Below are positions 44,024 through 55,887 of a stretch of 64,000 nt of DNA, piece by piece (the first letter of the stretch is position 1; each line of letters begins with the position of its first letter). Both the position numbers and the translations under genes were made by a program. The DNA is taken from the NCBI GenBank assembly GCA_047495785.1, contig JBLDXI010000054.1, positions 1,674,001 through 1,738,000 of the forward strand, read 5' to 3'. This DNA is from Lepidodermella squamata (taxonomy: Eukaryota; Animalia; Gastrotricha). The notes beneath the pieces are model-generated. The model saw nothing but the letters and a program-made list of their open reading frames with translations, made no database searches and was not told where the DNA came from.

Positions 44024-46444
44024 ATGTTCGCGATAATAATTTCAAGTTTTTTGCTAAGCAATGTTTATGGCGAGAAACCACACACCCTGTCGATGCTTGT
44101 TCTCGCTACATTCACCGGCACTGAACCAAGGGATTCGAAAATATGCCAAGCTTCCATGGATATTGTCATAGAGATAGCAAACAATCAATCAGACTTTCTT
44201 CCGAACTATGCCATCAAAGCTTCTTACCGCGACGAAACCCCTCTTGGCGTCCGTTCTGCTCGTCACCTTGTTGAATTTAACCGTTACTTCGAAGATAATC
44301 CACTGGATTCAGCAATAAAATCTCCGATGATGGTCGGGCCCAGGCTAACAGATGGATGCAAAAGAGTTGCATCAATGCTCCATTTGTATGATATGGTGGC
44401 TATTGGAACAGCGTGTCTTGCTCCGTTTCTCACTGCTAGGCGAGATCTCTACCCAAATTTCTACCGCGTAACCTCAAGTGGAGAGGCTGCTCTTTTCGCT
44501 AGGATTCTATTCATTCAGCAAGTTGGCAAATGGAAGAAAATTGCGATTTTCACCCATACAAACAACGTCATGGACTACTCATTGGCTTCAATGACTCAAA
44601 CCTTGGCTAATAAAGCTGGTCTAGAAGTTTTGTGGTTCGATATTGTCTACGAAACCACGCCAGCAAGAGTTGCTCCACTAAAGGAAAGTGATGCAAGAAT
44701 CATTGTAGTAGATATTGGAAACCCAGGAGGTATGCATACTTTCCTGTGTGAGGCTTATCATTTGGGCATAACTGGCACCCGCTATGTCTTCATCGCCCAG
44801 TCAAACGTTTTCTCGGCGCCATCGACCTTCCCCGAAAAACTGAATGATCGATGTACGAGGCAGATTTTGACAAAACAAATCGAGTCGACGTTTTGGGTTG
44901 GGGCGATCAGCGAGACGAACGTAAATAATGGAAAAACAGTCTTAGGCTACGACCTCCCGACCTTCGAGAGAATGTTGGATGAAAGAACCAACAAGTCTCG
45001 AACCCCTGACTACTCAGAACGCCAAAGGTGCAGTGATAACATGCTACAGGCCTTAGTTGCTCTGGATCAAACTGAGAGAAGGCTGCTGTCTCTAAACATG
45101 ACGTTAAAAGACATGAAAACGAATCCTAGCCAAATTATGAAGATTCTGAATTCAAGCGTAGCCGCGACGGACTTTCTTTCATTACGAGTTGGGAGAACTA
45201 AGTATTCTTCCCGATCAGAATTCGACGATGAACCCCAGGCAATATCTCAATGGTCAATGCAATTTGGCTACCGTCAAATGTACATTGTCGAACACTATCC
45301 TGAGGCTAGGTTCGATGATTTGGCTAGCAATAGACTAGTCAAGCTGGCAGAAATCGATTGGCACACGTCAGACAACGCCCCGCCTCGTGACGGGCCATCC
45401 GTCCGTGTTCAATCTGAAAAGTTCCCGGAAGGCGCGTCTGTATTCGTATTCTGCGTGGCCGGAACTGCGATTCTGTTACAAATTCTTTTGATTTATTTCC
45501 TTATATCGAGCAAATTCAAGAAGCGTCACAGCATTTCGCTCCCACTTACCCAATGTTTCCTGTTATTCGGCTGCATTCTTGCAAATTTGAGCTCAATTCT
45601 TTTGGCGCTCGGAGCGTACTCTGGATTGTCGTGGCAGTATTGCATTGCTCGAATTATTCTCGCCAACTTGGGATTTGGGATCCTAAATGGAGGCCTCCTC
45701 GGTCTAGCGTTGTTGCCTGTTGAAAAGTCGAGTACAGCTAGCGAAGAGGGGAGATTCATAACCAGTCTACAGGAAGCGAATACCACTTATCGATCGCCTG
45801 GTCCTAGTAGGAGAAATCATGCTAGGATTTATTATCCGAATGAAGTCTTACAAGTTTTCGGAGCTAAAATCACACTACAAACCTCAAGGAGTAAGGAAGT
45901 CTTTGTAATTTCCATAGCTTTGGCTGTTTGCGCTGTATTGGCATGCCTAATGATAATTTCAATGATTTCAAGTTCAAAATTGGGGGTCGAAACGAGGAAA
46001 GTCAGAAATTTCTACGATGCTAAAGAGGACTTGATCCGTGAAGACCACATCACAGCCTGTGTAAACGATGGTAACTGGCTGATTTCGTACGCCGCGCTTC
46101 AAATCATCTTACTTTGTTCAGCTCTCCTTGTAGCATTCACAAGGACGAAAAGCTTGAAACTCGTCAAATACGGAGTCCTAAATCCAGTTGCTCGAAATGT
46201 TTGGATAGTACTTGCTAACAACTTCACGATAACAGGTGCTTGTCTACTGGTCGTTATTGCTTTGAGAAACCACATTCTTGGCGAAGTAGCAGTCAGCATT
46301 GGGGTGCTTCTTTCGGTTCAAATTTCGTTCGGCATTATTGGCAGCAAGTCATATAAAGCAATGAGATATCGCATCAAACAGCGGGTAGATAAACTAAAGC
46401 TCACCAATATATTGTCGTATGAGCTGCGTGCCGTGAGCCGGTAG
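44024..46444 (+). CDS. GABA-B-receptor-like class C GPCR, single exon; close paralog of 23433-25820
   Basis: Colinear with long identical stretches in the Venus flytrap region; 7TM. Confidence 0.9.
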   Translation: MFAIIISSFLLSNVYGEKPHTLSMLVLATFTGTEPRDSKICQASMDIVIEIANNQSDFLPNYAIKASYRDETPLGVRSARHLVEFNRYFEDNPLDSAIKSPMMVGPRLTDGCKRVASMLHLYDMVAIGTACLAPFLTARRDLYPNFYRVTSSGEAALFARILFIQQVGKWKKIAIFTHTNNVMDYSLASMTQTLANKAGLEVLWFDIVYETTPARVAPLKESDARIIVVDIGNPGGMHTFLCEAYHLGITGTRYVFIAQSNVFSAPSTFPEKLNDRCTRQILTKQIESTFWVGAISETNVNNGKTVLGYDLPTFERMLDERTNKSRTPDYSERQRCSDNMLQALVALDQTERRLLSLNMTLKDMKTNPSQIMKILNSSVAATDFLSLRVGRTKYSSRSEFDDEPQAISQWSMQFGYRQMYIVEHYPEARFDDLASNRLVKLAEIDWHTSDNAPPRDGPSVRVQSEKFPEGASVFVFCVAGTAILLQILLIYFLISSKFKKRHSISLPLTQCFLLFGCILANLSSILLALGAYSGLSWQYCIARIILANLGFGILNGGLLGLALLPVEKSSTASEEGRFITSLQEANTTYRSPGPSRRNHARIYYPNEVLQVFGAKITLQTSRSKEVFVISIALAVCAVLACLMIISMISSSKLGVETRKVRNFYDAKEDLIREDHITACVNDGNWLISYAALQIILLCSALLVAFTRTKSLKLVKYGVLNPVARNVWIVLANNFTITGACLLVVIALRNHILGEVAVSIGVLLSVQISFGIIGSKSYKAMRYRIKQRVDKLKLTNILSYELRAVSR

Positions 46445-46971
46445 AAAGGCTTTTTTAAATAGCCTTATAGCCTAATCCTAAACCGATGTTCTCTGTGCTA
46501 TAGGCGTGTCATTTCATGTTAAAACTTCTATCTATACTTGTAATCATATGAACTAAACACATAAAAATGAACAGTTCGGCTTTTATTTGCCAGTTTACTC
46601 GACGATGAAAACCTGTATTGAACCTATTTGACGCAATTCAAAGTTTGCCGCAGTTTTACGAGATTTCACGGCAAAACTTCGGAAAGTTGTGTTTTACGAG
46701 CAGGCGCTAGTTTTTCTGCGAGTATTAGCGAATTTCGGAGTTTGGAATGCGCACTCTATTGTTTGTTTGGTTTGTAAATTTCGTTTGTACGGGAGCTCGT
46801 AAAAACACGGTAATTTTGCTTCGAGCGGACTCGTTTAAATGCGGCAAATTTAACATTTAAATCACGGCAAATTCGGTTTATATGTGAGCTCCAAAACCAC
46901 TGCAAATGCACTTTGAAGATAACGGAAAACACGGTTACAAAGGCACCGTATTTTACTATGCAAACTGTCTA

Positions 46972-48598
46972 AGGGGTTTTTTTTTATTCACAACACTCCG
47001 AACAGTATATACTGTATTTCGTGTATTGTCGTTCGAAAATAGCACTTTCTACAAAAAATGCAATAATTTCCACGCGTTCGTAAATTCGCTATATTTTATA
47101 CTGTATAAAGTGTATTTTTCCAGCACATAATTTTTGAATCTGTGCAAAATGCAGAAATTATACCACATTAGCAAATGTGACTTTATTAATCAGGCGAAAT
47201 CGATGTGGAGGGTTCGACTCCTCGTGGGGTCAAGCCATTTTTTTCTTCTAATTTTCGCCCCGGCACTTTTTATGCGCACAAGCAGCCCCATTTCTACACT
47301 TTGCACACTTTTTCTGGCTGTATATCGATGATTTTGCTGAAATTTTAGGTTTCGGAATAGCCCAGTTTTGAAACTCGATTTTGAGCTTGAAATGTGATTG
47401 CCCATCAGGACGAAAAAGTCGTGGATAAGTTGTCGTGGTTCATGCTGTTTTCTCTTTTAAAACGTTCTTCTCAATCTCCTATCCTGTTTGAACTTAAAAA
47501 CTTATGGTGCAGCCATGGGTTTTTTCAAGATAAGTGCCATGAAAGATGAAAAATCCCCACGTTCTCTTGGATTCGGTCTTGAATCGGATGTGGAGGGAAA
47601 AGACTGTTAAACCGTGGATAAACACCGCATTTGCTGGCAATTTCTTACCTCCTGAGTAAGATCTTGTTGTGCTCTACTAAAGGACGCGAAAAAACTGTGG
47701 TTGAACCCATGCTCTTTCTTGCAGCAATGCCCCAAAAGACGCCAGGCCATGCATTTTCGAGGTGTTGGGTGTGACGTAGTGAGTGCTAATCAGGACGAAA
47801 AAGTCTTGGATAAGTTGGGGTAGTTCTTGCTGTTTTCCCTGTTAAAACCTTCCTCCTAGTGCCTTCTCCTATTTGCCTACAAAAAGCTATGGTGCAACCA
47901 TGGGTGTTTTCGAGATAAGACCGACTAAAAACACCTAATTTTCGATTTTTCCTCGATTTTCAAGCCGGGAGGGAAAAGACTGAAAAGCCGTGGATGACCC
48001 CCATATTAACTGGCTATTTCTTACTTCCCTAATAAGCCCTCCATGTGCTCGGCTAGGGAATGTGAAAAAACTGTGGGTGAACCCATTTTGTTCCTCGCAG
48101 AAACGCCGCTAAAGACGCCAGTGGGTGCATTTTTCCAAGGTTTTTGCGCTTTCAAATCGCTTTCGGGTCGCCTAGCGGTGAAAAACCCACGGTTACACAT
48201 GCTTTTCTATCGATTTCCTGATACTTTCAACAGTTCTCCACCAGGTAAGCAGAAGATTTCATGGTAACATCCACAAAAGCGCATTATATTCGTTGGTCAT
48301 TTGTCCAGTACATTCATTTTTTTCACACAGAATGTGGGCTATAAGTATATCTTATAATATTATGCGCGCGTAGTACTTCTTATTGTGCGCAGTACTCTGT
48401 ATAGGAATTTTTTTCTCGCTGGTCGCCTTTAGCGCAAAATCATCGATATTTTGTAGGGAAAATAGGGCTGTATTTTCTGTATTTTTTATTCGAATCCGTA
48501 GAAAATACAGGAGAAATACATTATTTCTGTAGCGAATTTTCGAATGCAACAAACTGTAGCTGTAGCTGTATTTTTTGTTGCGAATAAAAAAAACCCCT
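46972..48598. mobile_element. Non-autonomous TIR DNA transposon with 3-bp target duplication (CTA) and internal ~385-bp tandem duplication
   Basis: Left end AGGGG(T)nATTCACAACA, right end TGTTGCGAAT(A)nCCCCT; CTA at 46969-46971 and 48599-48601; diverged direct repeats starting atcaggacgaaaaagtc at about 47404 and 47789. Confidence 0.72.
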
Positions 48599-49529
48599 CT
48601 ACCCCGGAAATTGTGGGCCGGATAATCGGATCTGGCTGGTGATAAACAAAATCGTGTATTGCACTATTTCACGTGGCTTCTGACTTAATTGACGCATCGT
48701 TTCGTTGGTAGTTCTCGGCTGAATTTATGAATTAAAACTGTTTGTTTTCCGCAACAAGTCCCGTCATTTGATGTCACACCAGGCAAAAATCCCCTAAATT
48801 GGGATGGGCAGCTTGTGAACCCCCCTCCCCCTCAATCAGAGCCCTGTGAGTGTACTAATTCACCGATTTGAAATGATTGTCAAAAGTGGGTTATTCAACA
48901 TGTGAAATGAATCACTGTTGTCATCCTAGTCCTTTTCATATCCGCCCTGTTTAATTCTTGACATTTGAGGTAATCAGTAATCAATATTATGAGAGAAACA
49001 ACAAGACGAGCTAAGAAGATCTTGTCCCACACAGTATTTGATACAGTTGTTTCTTTTCGATGAATCAAAGCCCCTCCGCCTACTCTTCAAAATCGACCTC
49101 CATAAAATGTATAACATGTTAGGAATTCTGATATTGTTTGTAATGTCTATGAACAAAATAGGTCAATATACGAATTCCTGATTGCGTTTTGAAGATGATC
49201 ATTGTCATGATAAGTGTGTTCTAATTCCACCTTCACATTACAAAGTCTGGATTTTTCACTCATGACTTAAGTACAAATATCTACCTCATAACATGTTCAT
49301 TCCGGATTCCGTGATGGTGAGGCGTAACCATGAAGCAGCGTTGGCGGACAAAAGTGCAGCCGCAAATTCTCATACTGAAGTGCTAGCATTTTCGGATTGA
49401 AATTTCAGTCAGACGTTCAATCAGACCTATAAAGCCCTAGGCGTCTTCACTAATTTACATGATAATAATCTCATTTCAAATCTAATACAAGACATTTGAA
49501 CTAGAAATTTTTGAAGCTTTCACCGACCA

Positions 49530-50744
49530 ATGAATAGGTCCGCAGATTCGTCGTGGATATACGCTGTCCTGCCCGGCCGTGGATTCGACAGTGGCAGATA
49601 TTGGTTCGTAGGGGCTTACAACACGCCATTTGAGTCGTTCTCAAAGCGTCTAGGGTTCACTTTGTTTTGCTTTATCGTAGCATTAGCAGTGTGCATTTGT
49701 AACATCGTCAATGTCTATATCTACTGGAAACGAAATGTTAGACGGGACTTTCTAGTCCTCGTTATGCTTCTGGGTATCTCGAACTCGATTTTCTGCATTG
49801 GAGTCACATCATTAATGACGCTTACTACTCCACGAGGCCATTTTGAGGGCAGTGATTTGACCTGTCTAATGCTTAGCTGGGTCTACTACGTCGCATGCGG
49901 CTACAGTCAGTGCGTCTGCATGCTGATAAGTTATGAAAGACGCATTTGCATCTCCCGAGCTCTACCAACATCTGGCATGAATTTGAAACGGACCTTGCTT
50001 TCAGCCGCAATTATGCTGGTTTATGTCTTACTGACTACCTTTCCAGTTTCGCTTCATCCCTACGGATTCAGTCGCCAGATGATGCCGATCAATGAAAATG
50101 GAACTGAGTTCGCTGCGTTCTGTGCATCATTCGAGTATAAACTTGCGGATGGGGTCGATACTTCAATACTTCGCCCACTGGCCTTCCTCGCTACCGCTTC
50201 TCTCTCGCAAGGTTTCCTTGCTTACAATTATTGGTAAGAATTACGAATTAATATCGATTAGCATATACTTTTACGTATTTATTATTACAGGGTAATCTTT
50301 AGAACCATGTCACGTTATCGCAAACCTCTTCAAGAGACAGGCACTGCACTATCCGTTTCGTCTTCGAAAATTTCAAAGGGTAAAACTAAATCTGCCGCAA
50401 AGGGAGCGGGTAACTCAGTCGCACCTATCTCGTTGTCATCAAATCATCAGGCTCAATGGCTTGCTCGCGAAATGTTTCTAGCAAAGCAATCATTCGCTTC
50501 ATTCGTCATACTGATGATTTCCTTTTTGCCTGGGACCGTAGTTATGGTTGCGAGCATTCTGTTCGACAGTGCGGGTCCGAAAATTCTAACGTCGGATGTT
50601 TACAAAGCATCAGTTAGCGCGTTGATGATACAAATGATGATCATACCCATAATGCAATCGTTGCGGCCTGGTTTCACCGATGAATGGGCTACTAAATATG
50701 CCGATGCCAGGAAAGCCGTCAGACGCTTCTTCAGGCGCGATTAG
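49530..50744 (+). CDS. Divergent class A GPCR; 2 exons (intron 50234-50290)
   Basis: Family motifs; intact after splicing. Confidence 0.9.
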
Positions 50745-52286
50745 CTTGATACCGAGGAAGAAATTGCGTGAAATGTGAACTAACTAGAACTTTCATGTCC
50801 GTCATTTCGAGTGAAAATAAACCCTTTCATTGCGCGAAAAACGGTAATCCGTAGTGTTGTGAGCTCCGAATCGTCAGAGGTTTGGATTTGAGAAGGCCCA
50901 GGTTGAGGTCAGGAAATTTAAGGAAATTCTGGAACATTGCACCGTTATGTATGTATTTTGCCGAGTATTGCGATATTTTGATAAGTCATCTTTCGGTCTC
51001 CATAAAATCTTACGCGTATCATTCTGATTATTCTGGATTCTGGCTAATTGCTTTGTTCTTTGAATATAAGCAAAGACTTTTTAGTGACAGGAAATATTAT
51101 TCTCGCTTTTGCGAAAGATTAGCCATTCCCATTTTTTTAATTCGAGACTAAAATGTGTAGAGAGTATGGGAATCATTCTAGTATTTCGATGCCAATCAGA
51201 ATCAGTCAGTGTGGCCACGTAAATCGCATGGCATCTTTGACAAGAAGTGTTCATTACTAAAATGTCCGCATTGTTTTTCTAACCCACGCCTACTTACAGT
51301 CTGGAGGAAATGAGCACTCACAGCATTAGCGTCATCCAATAACCGAGATGTTATGGATGTTCTGCGTCTGGATGTCATATAAGTTATATGCCGACGTCCC
51401 TAAACAGGCTCTGATTGAGGTTCGATGAATGGATATCTCCGTGCTCTTACGATCATCGGGGCATAATTGCACCAAGATAATTCAAAATAATGACAGGCTT
51501 CACAGGCAAAAATGGAGTGGTTTCAAGGATAAAATCCCATCTTTCGGTGGATAGCATTCAGATTTGGTCAAAAATCGCTGAAAATATATTGCTCGTAATG
51601 TTCTGTTATAAAATCATCCGTCCCTATAGATTGACAGATCAGGCCGCCTCTGTTCGGCGCCCGAAAAATTCCCCAGTTCGAGAATCCTACTTCGTGCACT
51701 GATGCTTGGTCGCATGCGCATGATGTGAGACCTTTGTTTCGTCAAGAAGAGCTCCATGCCACCCAAAATGGGCTTTTATAAAATAAAAAATTAGGTTAAG
51801 GTTATATCAAACCATTGATCGATAAAAAGGGGTCCGTTGAACTCTCCGCCGTCGAAAAACGTACATATGCCGCTTGCGCCTTGCGCCGAGCCTTTTCACT
51901 GCGCAATGCGTATAAAACCGTATAATTTTATCAAATTCACAGGTCTGGTACTTAAAGAACATGTGGACACTCATCGTAAGAGCTGTGCAACTTTATCGCA
52001 CATGGAGTCGGGAGGAAGCGATGAGCACCTGAGGTTTTAGCAAAAGAGGCGTAGCGAGTGGTTCAACACGCTATTGCTGCAGTAACTAGATATGTAGCAA
52101 CGTTGGCGGAGTATTGTTACTGAAAATGCTCACAGCGGAATTTTAAAGTGCTAGAATATTTGGAATTAAATTTCATCCATCCGCTCAATCAGAGCTTTAA
52201 AGAAGTCAGCGCCTTTGCTCGCTTGCATTACGACAAATTATTTCGAATTAAAAGTCTTCGAAACATATTGAAGCCCTCGCTGTTTA

Positions 52287-53475
52287 ATGAATCGATCTGC
52301 TGATTCATCATGGGTTTACGCTGTCGTTCCCGGCCGTGGATTCGACAATGGCAGGTATTGGTTCATAGCGGCCTACAACTCGCCATTCCAATCCTTTTCC
52401 AATCGGCTGATGTACACCTTGCTTTACATGCTCATCGCAGCAGCCGTTTGCATTTCGAATATCGTCAACGTATACATTTATTGGAGGCGAGGTGTTAGGC
52501 GCGATTTTCTAGCCCTCGTCATTCTTTTCGGTATTTCGAACTCTTGGTTCTGCGTTGCATACGCGATTATCATGGCCATGACAACTCCACGCGGCCACTT
52601 TGAGGGATCAGCTTTGACATGTCAAATGTTAAGCTGGGCGTTCTATATCTCAGTCCCCTATGGAGAGTGCGTCTGCATGCTGATCAGCTATGAGCGTCGA
52701 CTTTGCATTTCTAAAGCGATGCCAACTTCTGCGACTAATTTGAAGAGGACTCTTCTCATAGCCGGATTAATGCTTATCTATGTCATACTTGCTACCTTGC
52801 CTGTCTCGCTATATCCTTATGGATTGAGCCTCCAAATGATACCGATCAATGACAATGGAACTGAATTCGCTGCGATTTGTGGACCATTTGAGCACAAACT
52901 GGCAGATGGGCTCGATACTTCCCTACTACGGCCATTGATTGTTTTGGGCACCACGTTCGTCCCCCAGGCTTATCTCGGCTACAATTATTGGTAAGATTTA
53001 CACTTAGAAGTGGAATTTATTTAGCAAAACTTTGAAATCTAGGCGAATCTTCAGAACTCTCTCGGCCTATCGAAACGCTCGTTATGATGGGAGCAAGGAG
53101 CCTTCCACAGCTGCTTCGTCAAAAGGATCGAAAAGAACAGGCAATACAGTCGTACCAGTTTCGATTCTCACAAATCAGCAAGCTCAATGGCTTCATCGAG
53201 AATCGTTTCTCGCAAAGCAATGCTTAGCTTCTTTCCTCATATTGACGACTTTCTTCATGCCTGGATTCGTCGTATTAGTTGCGTACATTCTCTTCGATAG
53301 TTCTGGGCCAAAGTTTCTTACGTCAGATTATTATAAAATTTCGGTTATCGTACTCATGATTCAAATGATTCTCATTCCTATCATGCAATCGCTGCGACCT
53401 GGTTTCACCGATGAATGGGCTGCTAAATATGCTGATGCTAGGAAGGCCATAGTGCGATTCTTCAGGCGAAACTAG
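52287..53475 (+). CDS. Divergent class A GPCR; 2 exons (intron 52991-53042)
   Basis: Family motifs; intact after splicing. Confidence 0.9.
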
Positions 53476-54158
53476 TCAAAAAGAGGACCACAAAAACTTT
53501 ATTTCTAACCTTAATTCATTATAATATGATAACTTGAATGTTTATGGATTGAATAGATATCGTGGGGTGAATAACGATAATCTGGAATCTGCTAAAGAGG
53601 TTCGGACGTCCCACTGGTTAAGTGAACTGTGACTGATATGTCATTCTTTTGGTCCTGTTTACTCCCAACTCTGTACGACTTCTTTCTTTAACAGAAAAAT
53701 GTCAGTGCCATATGTTTTGGTTGATGATTAGATAAAATTCAGACATAAATTCATGCTCCGTTTGAAGGGGCGTATAACTGCTATTCGCCCATAAAATTAT
53801 AGAAATTTGGGACTAAAAAGTGTAACGCATTCCTATGGAAATCATGGATGCCTTTTAGTGCGATCTTGTGGATCGGATGGCATAGTTAAAATGCGTGTTG
53901 TTTGCTGAAATTTCCGCTTTATTATCAATGACTTACCCGCCCACCTTTATCATCTTGGCGAAATCAGACATTTCACACAGCAGAGATCAAACGTCATAGC
54001 TATTGACTAAAGAATTAGAATTAGCTGAACTGGAAATGGAACAAGCAATAATCAAAAGCTTTCGCGAAGTGAAACTTTTTACCTGAGGCGGAAAGCGTAG
54101 GAAATACTGACTAGAGCCTTTCTCTGACGGCGAACTCGCGATTCTCTGGATATACAAA

Positions 54159-55271
54159 ATGGATGTGACGAAATCTTCAGCATGGATCAATGGCACTCTG
54201 CCCCATCTCGGATTTGTTGATAGCCGTTTATGGTTCATTGGCATATACAACTCACCAGCAGATTCATACGAAAATCGCCTAGGATATACTATTGTTTGTT
54301 TTCTTCTTTCATTGAGCGTTTGCGTTTCCAATTCGGCGAATGTCCTTACTTACAAAAAAAGAGGAGCTAGAAAAGATTTTCTAGTCCTTAGCTCAATACT
54401 GGCTGTAACAAATGTAATGTTCTGTATAGCTTACACAACTCCCATGGCTATTACAACAGAAACTGGGCAATGGGGATACAGCAGCGTTTCATGCACGCTT
54501 ATTTCTTCGGTAGCCTTTATCGCTGGAGGTTACAGCGTGAGTGTTATGATGCTGATTTCCTACGAACGGCGGCGTTGCGTTTCGAACATGCTCTCAACCT
54601 CGAAAAATCATGTTAAGAAAGCGTGCCTGTCGGCATTTGGACTGCTAATCGTTGATATTGCTGTTTTCTTCCCGGTTACTATTTACCCATATGGTCAAAG
54701 CAAGCAAATGATGCCATTGCTTAACATTAGCAAAAACCATACCGATTTCATGCCAATTTGTGGCCCATTCGACTTTAAAGTTGGCCTGATTGACAGTTCA
54801 GCTATGCGTAGTATGATTTTGACGGCTAAGGCTGGTGTCCAAGGCGTAATTCTGGGTTACAACTATTGGCATTTTTTCAGAAAATTGCGAAAGGTCCAGC
54901 AGGCTAATTCCCCTACGAGGCTAGTGAGTAAGACTGGATTCCTCTTCGTATCTGCCAAACCTGCCGCTTCTGTACCTAATGATTTATTGGCTCGAGAAGC
55001 TGAGTGGTTTGCCCGAGAAACGTTTTTTGCGAAACAATCAATGATTTCATTTCTTGTTTTCGCATTGTTTCACGCTCCGGTCTTGTGGATGTTTTTAATG
55101 CTTTCGCTCCATGAGAGCATTGGACCAGATATTCTGACTTCAAACTGCTGTAAAAGCACTTTGGTGGCGTTGATGCTGGAGATGGTTATAGCTCCTACTG
55201 TTATGAGTTTACGCCAAGGTTTCTTCTCAGAATGGGCTGAAAAACTGCGATTCTTCATTACTAAACACTGA
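54159..55271 (+). CDS. Divergent class A GPCR, intronless subfamily
   Basis: 370-aa uninterrupted ORF, GYNYWHFF. Confidence 0.92.
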   Translation: MDVTKSSAWINGTLPHLGFVDSRLWFIGIYNSPADSYENRLGYTIVCFLLSLSVCVSNSANVLTYKKRGARKDFLVLSSILAVTNVMFCIAYTTPMAITTETGQWGYSSVSCTLISSVAFIAGGYSVSVMMLISYERRRCVSNMLSTSKNHVKKACLSAFGLLIVDIAVFFPVTIYPYGQSKQMMPLLNISKNHTDFMPICGPFDFKVGLIDSSAMRSMILTAKAGVQGVILGYNYWHFFRKLRKVQQANSPTRLVSKTGFLFVSAKPAASVPNDLLAREAEWFARETFFAKQSMISFLVFALFHAPVLWMFLMLSLHESIGPDILTSNCCKSTLVALMLEMVIAPTVMSLRQGFFSEWAEKLRFFITKH

Positions 55272-55887
55272 AATGACATCGTAATAGATTCGATGCGCTG
55301 ATATCTCTACCATTGGAAATTGGAAACGAGGTGGACAACTTTACAGTTTTCAAACACCCTTGAATCTTGTGTAGTGAGGAAACTGTTTCCTTTCCATAAT
55401 CCCGCAGAGTCACCTCAACATGACGTTTTCCCGAGAGTTTGCGGGGCGGCTGTTCTGCTTCTTTCCTCGGTCCTCGGTTATATTAGATAAGCTTCTGAGA
55501 TACATTAGAGCTACAGCCCTTTCCGATTGTTGTAATTCGAGACTAAATCATTTGAGAAACATTCGAAAATGTTCTTGCCCACAATTTCTTCGCCATTTAG
55601 CGTGGCTAGGTAAATCAGACCTTACATCAGACAGCAAGTGTTGTTTACTCAAATTTCCGCATTGTGTTCAATCATCCGGCCTTCTCACAGCCTGAAGGAA
55701 ATCAGATATAAATATTTTTATATTACTCACAGAAAATATGTTCATAGTGTCTTGTTCAAAAAATAATAAAGCAATGAGTTTCATCCGATGCTCTATGACT
55801 CTATGACTCATCCATGAATGTCACTTATGGTGATCAATTTTTGGGAAGAGACTGATATAGCAGATAAAGTGAAAGCGAAGAATGAAA

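Noticed and set aside
47404-48145. CRISPR-like or coding repeat
   Set aside because: Two long diverged copies without a repeat-spacer pattern; eukaryotic context; short ORFs lack motifs.
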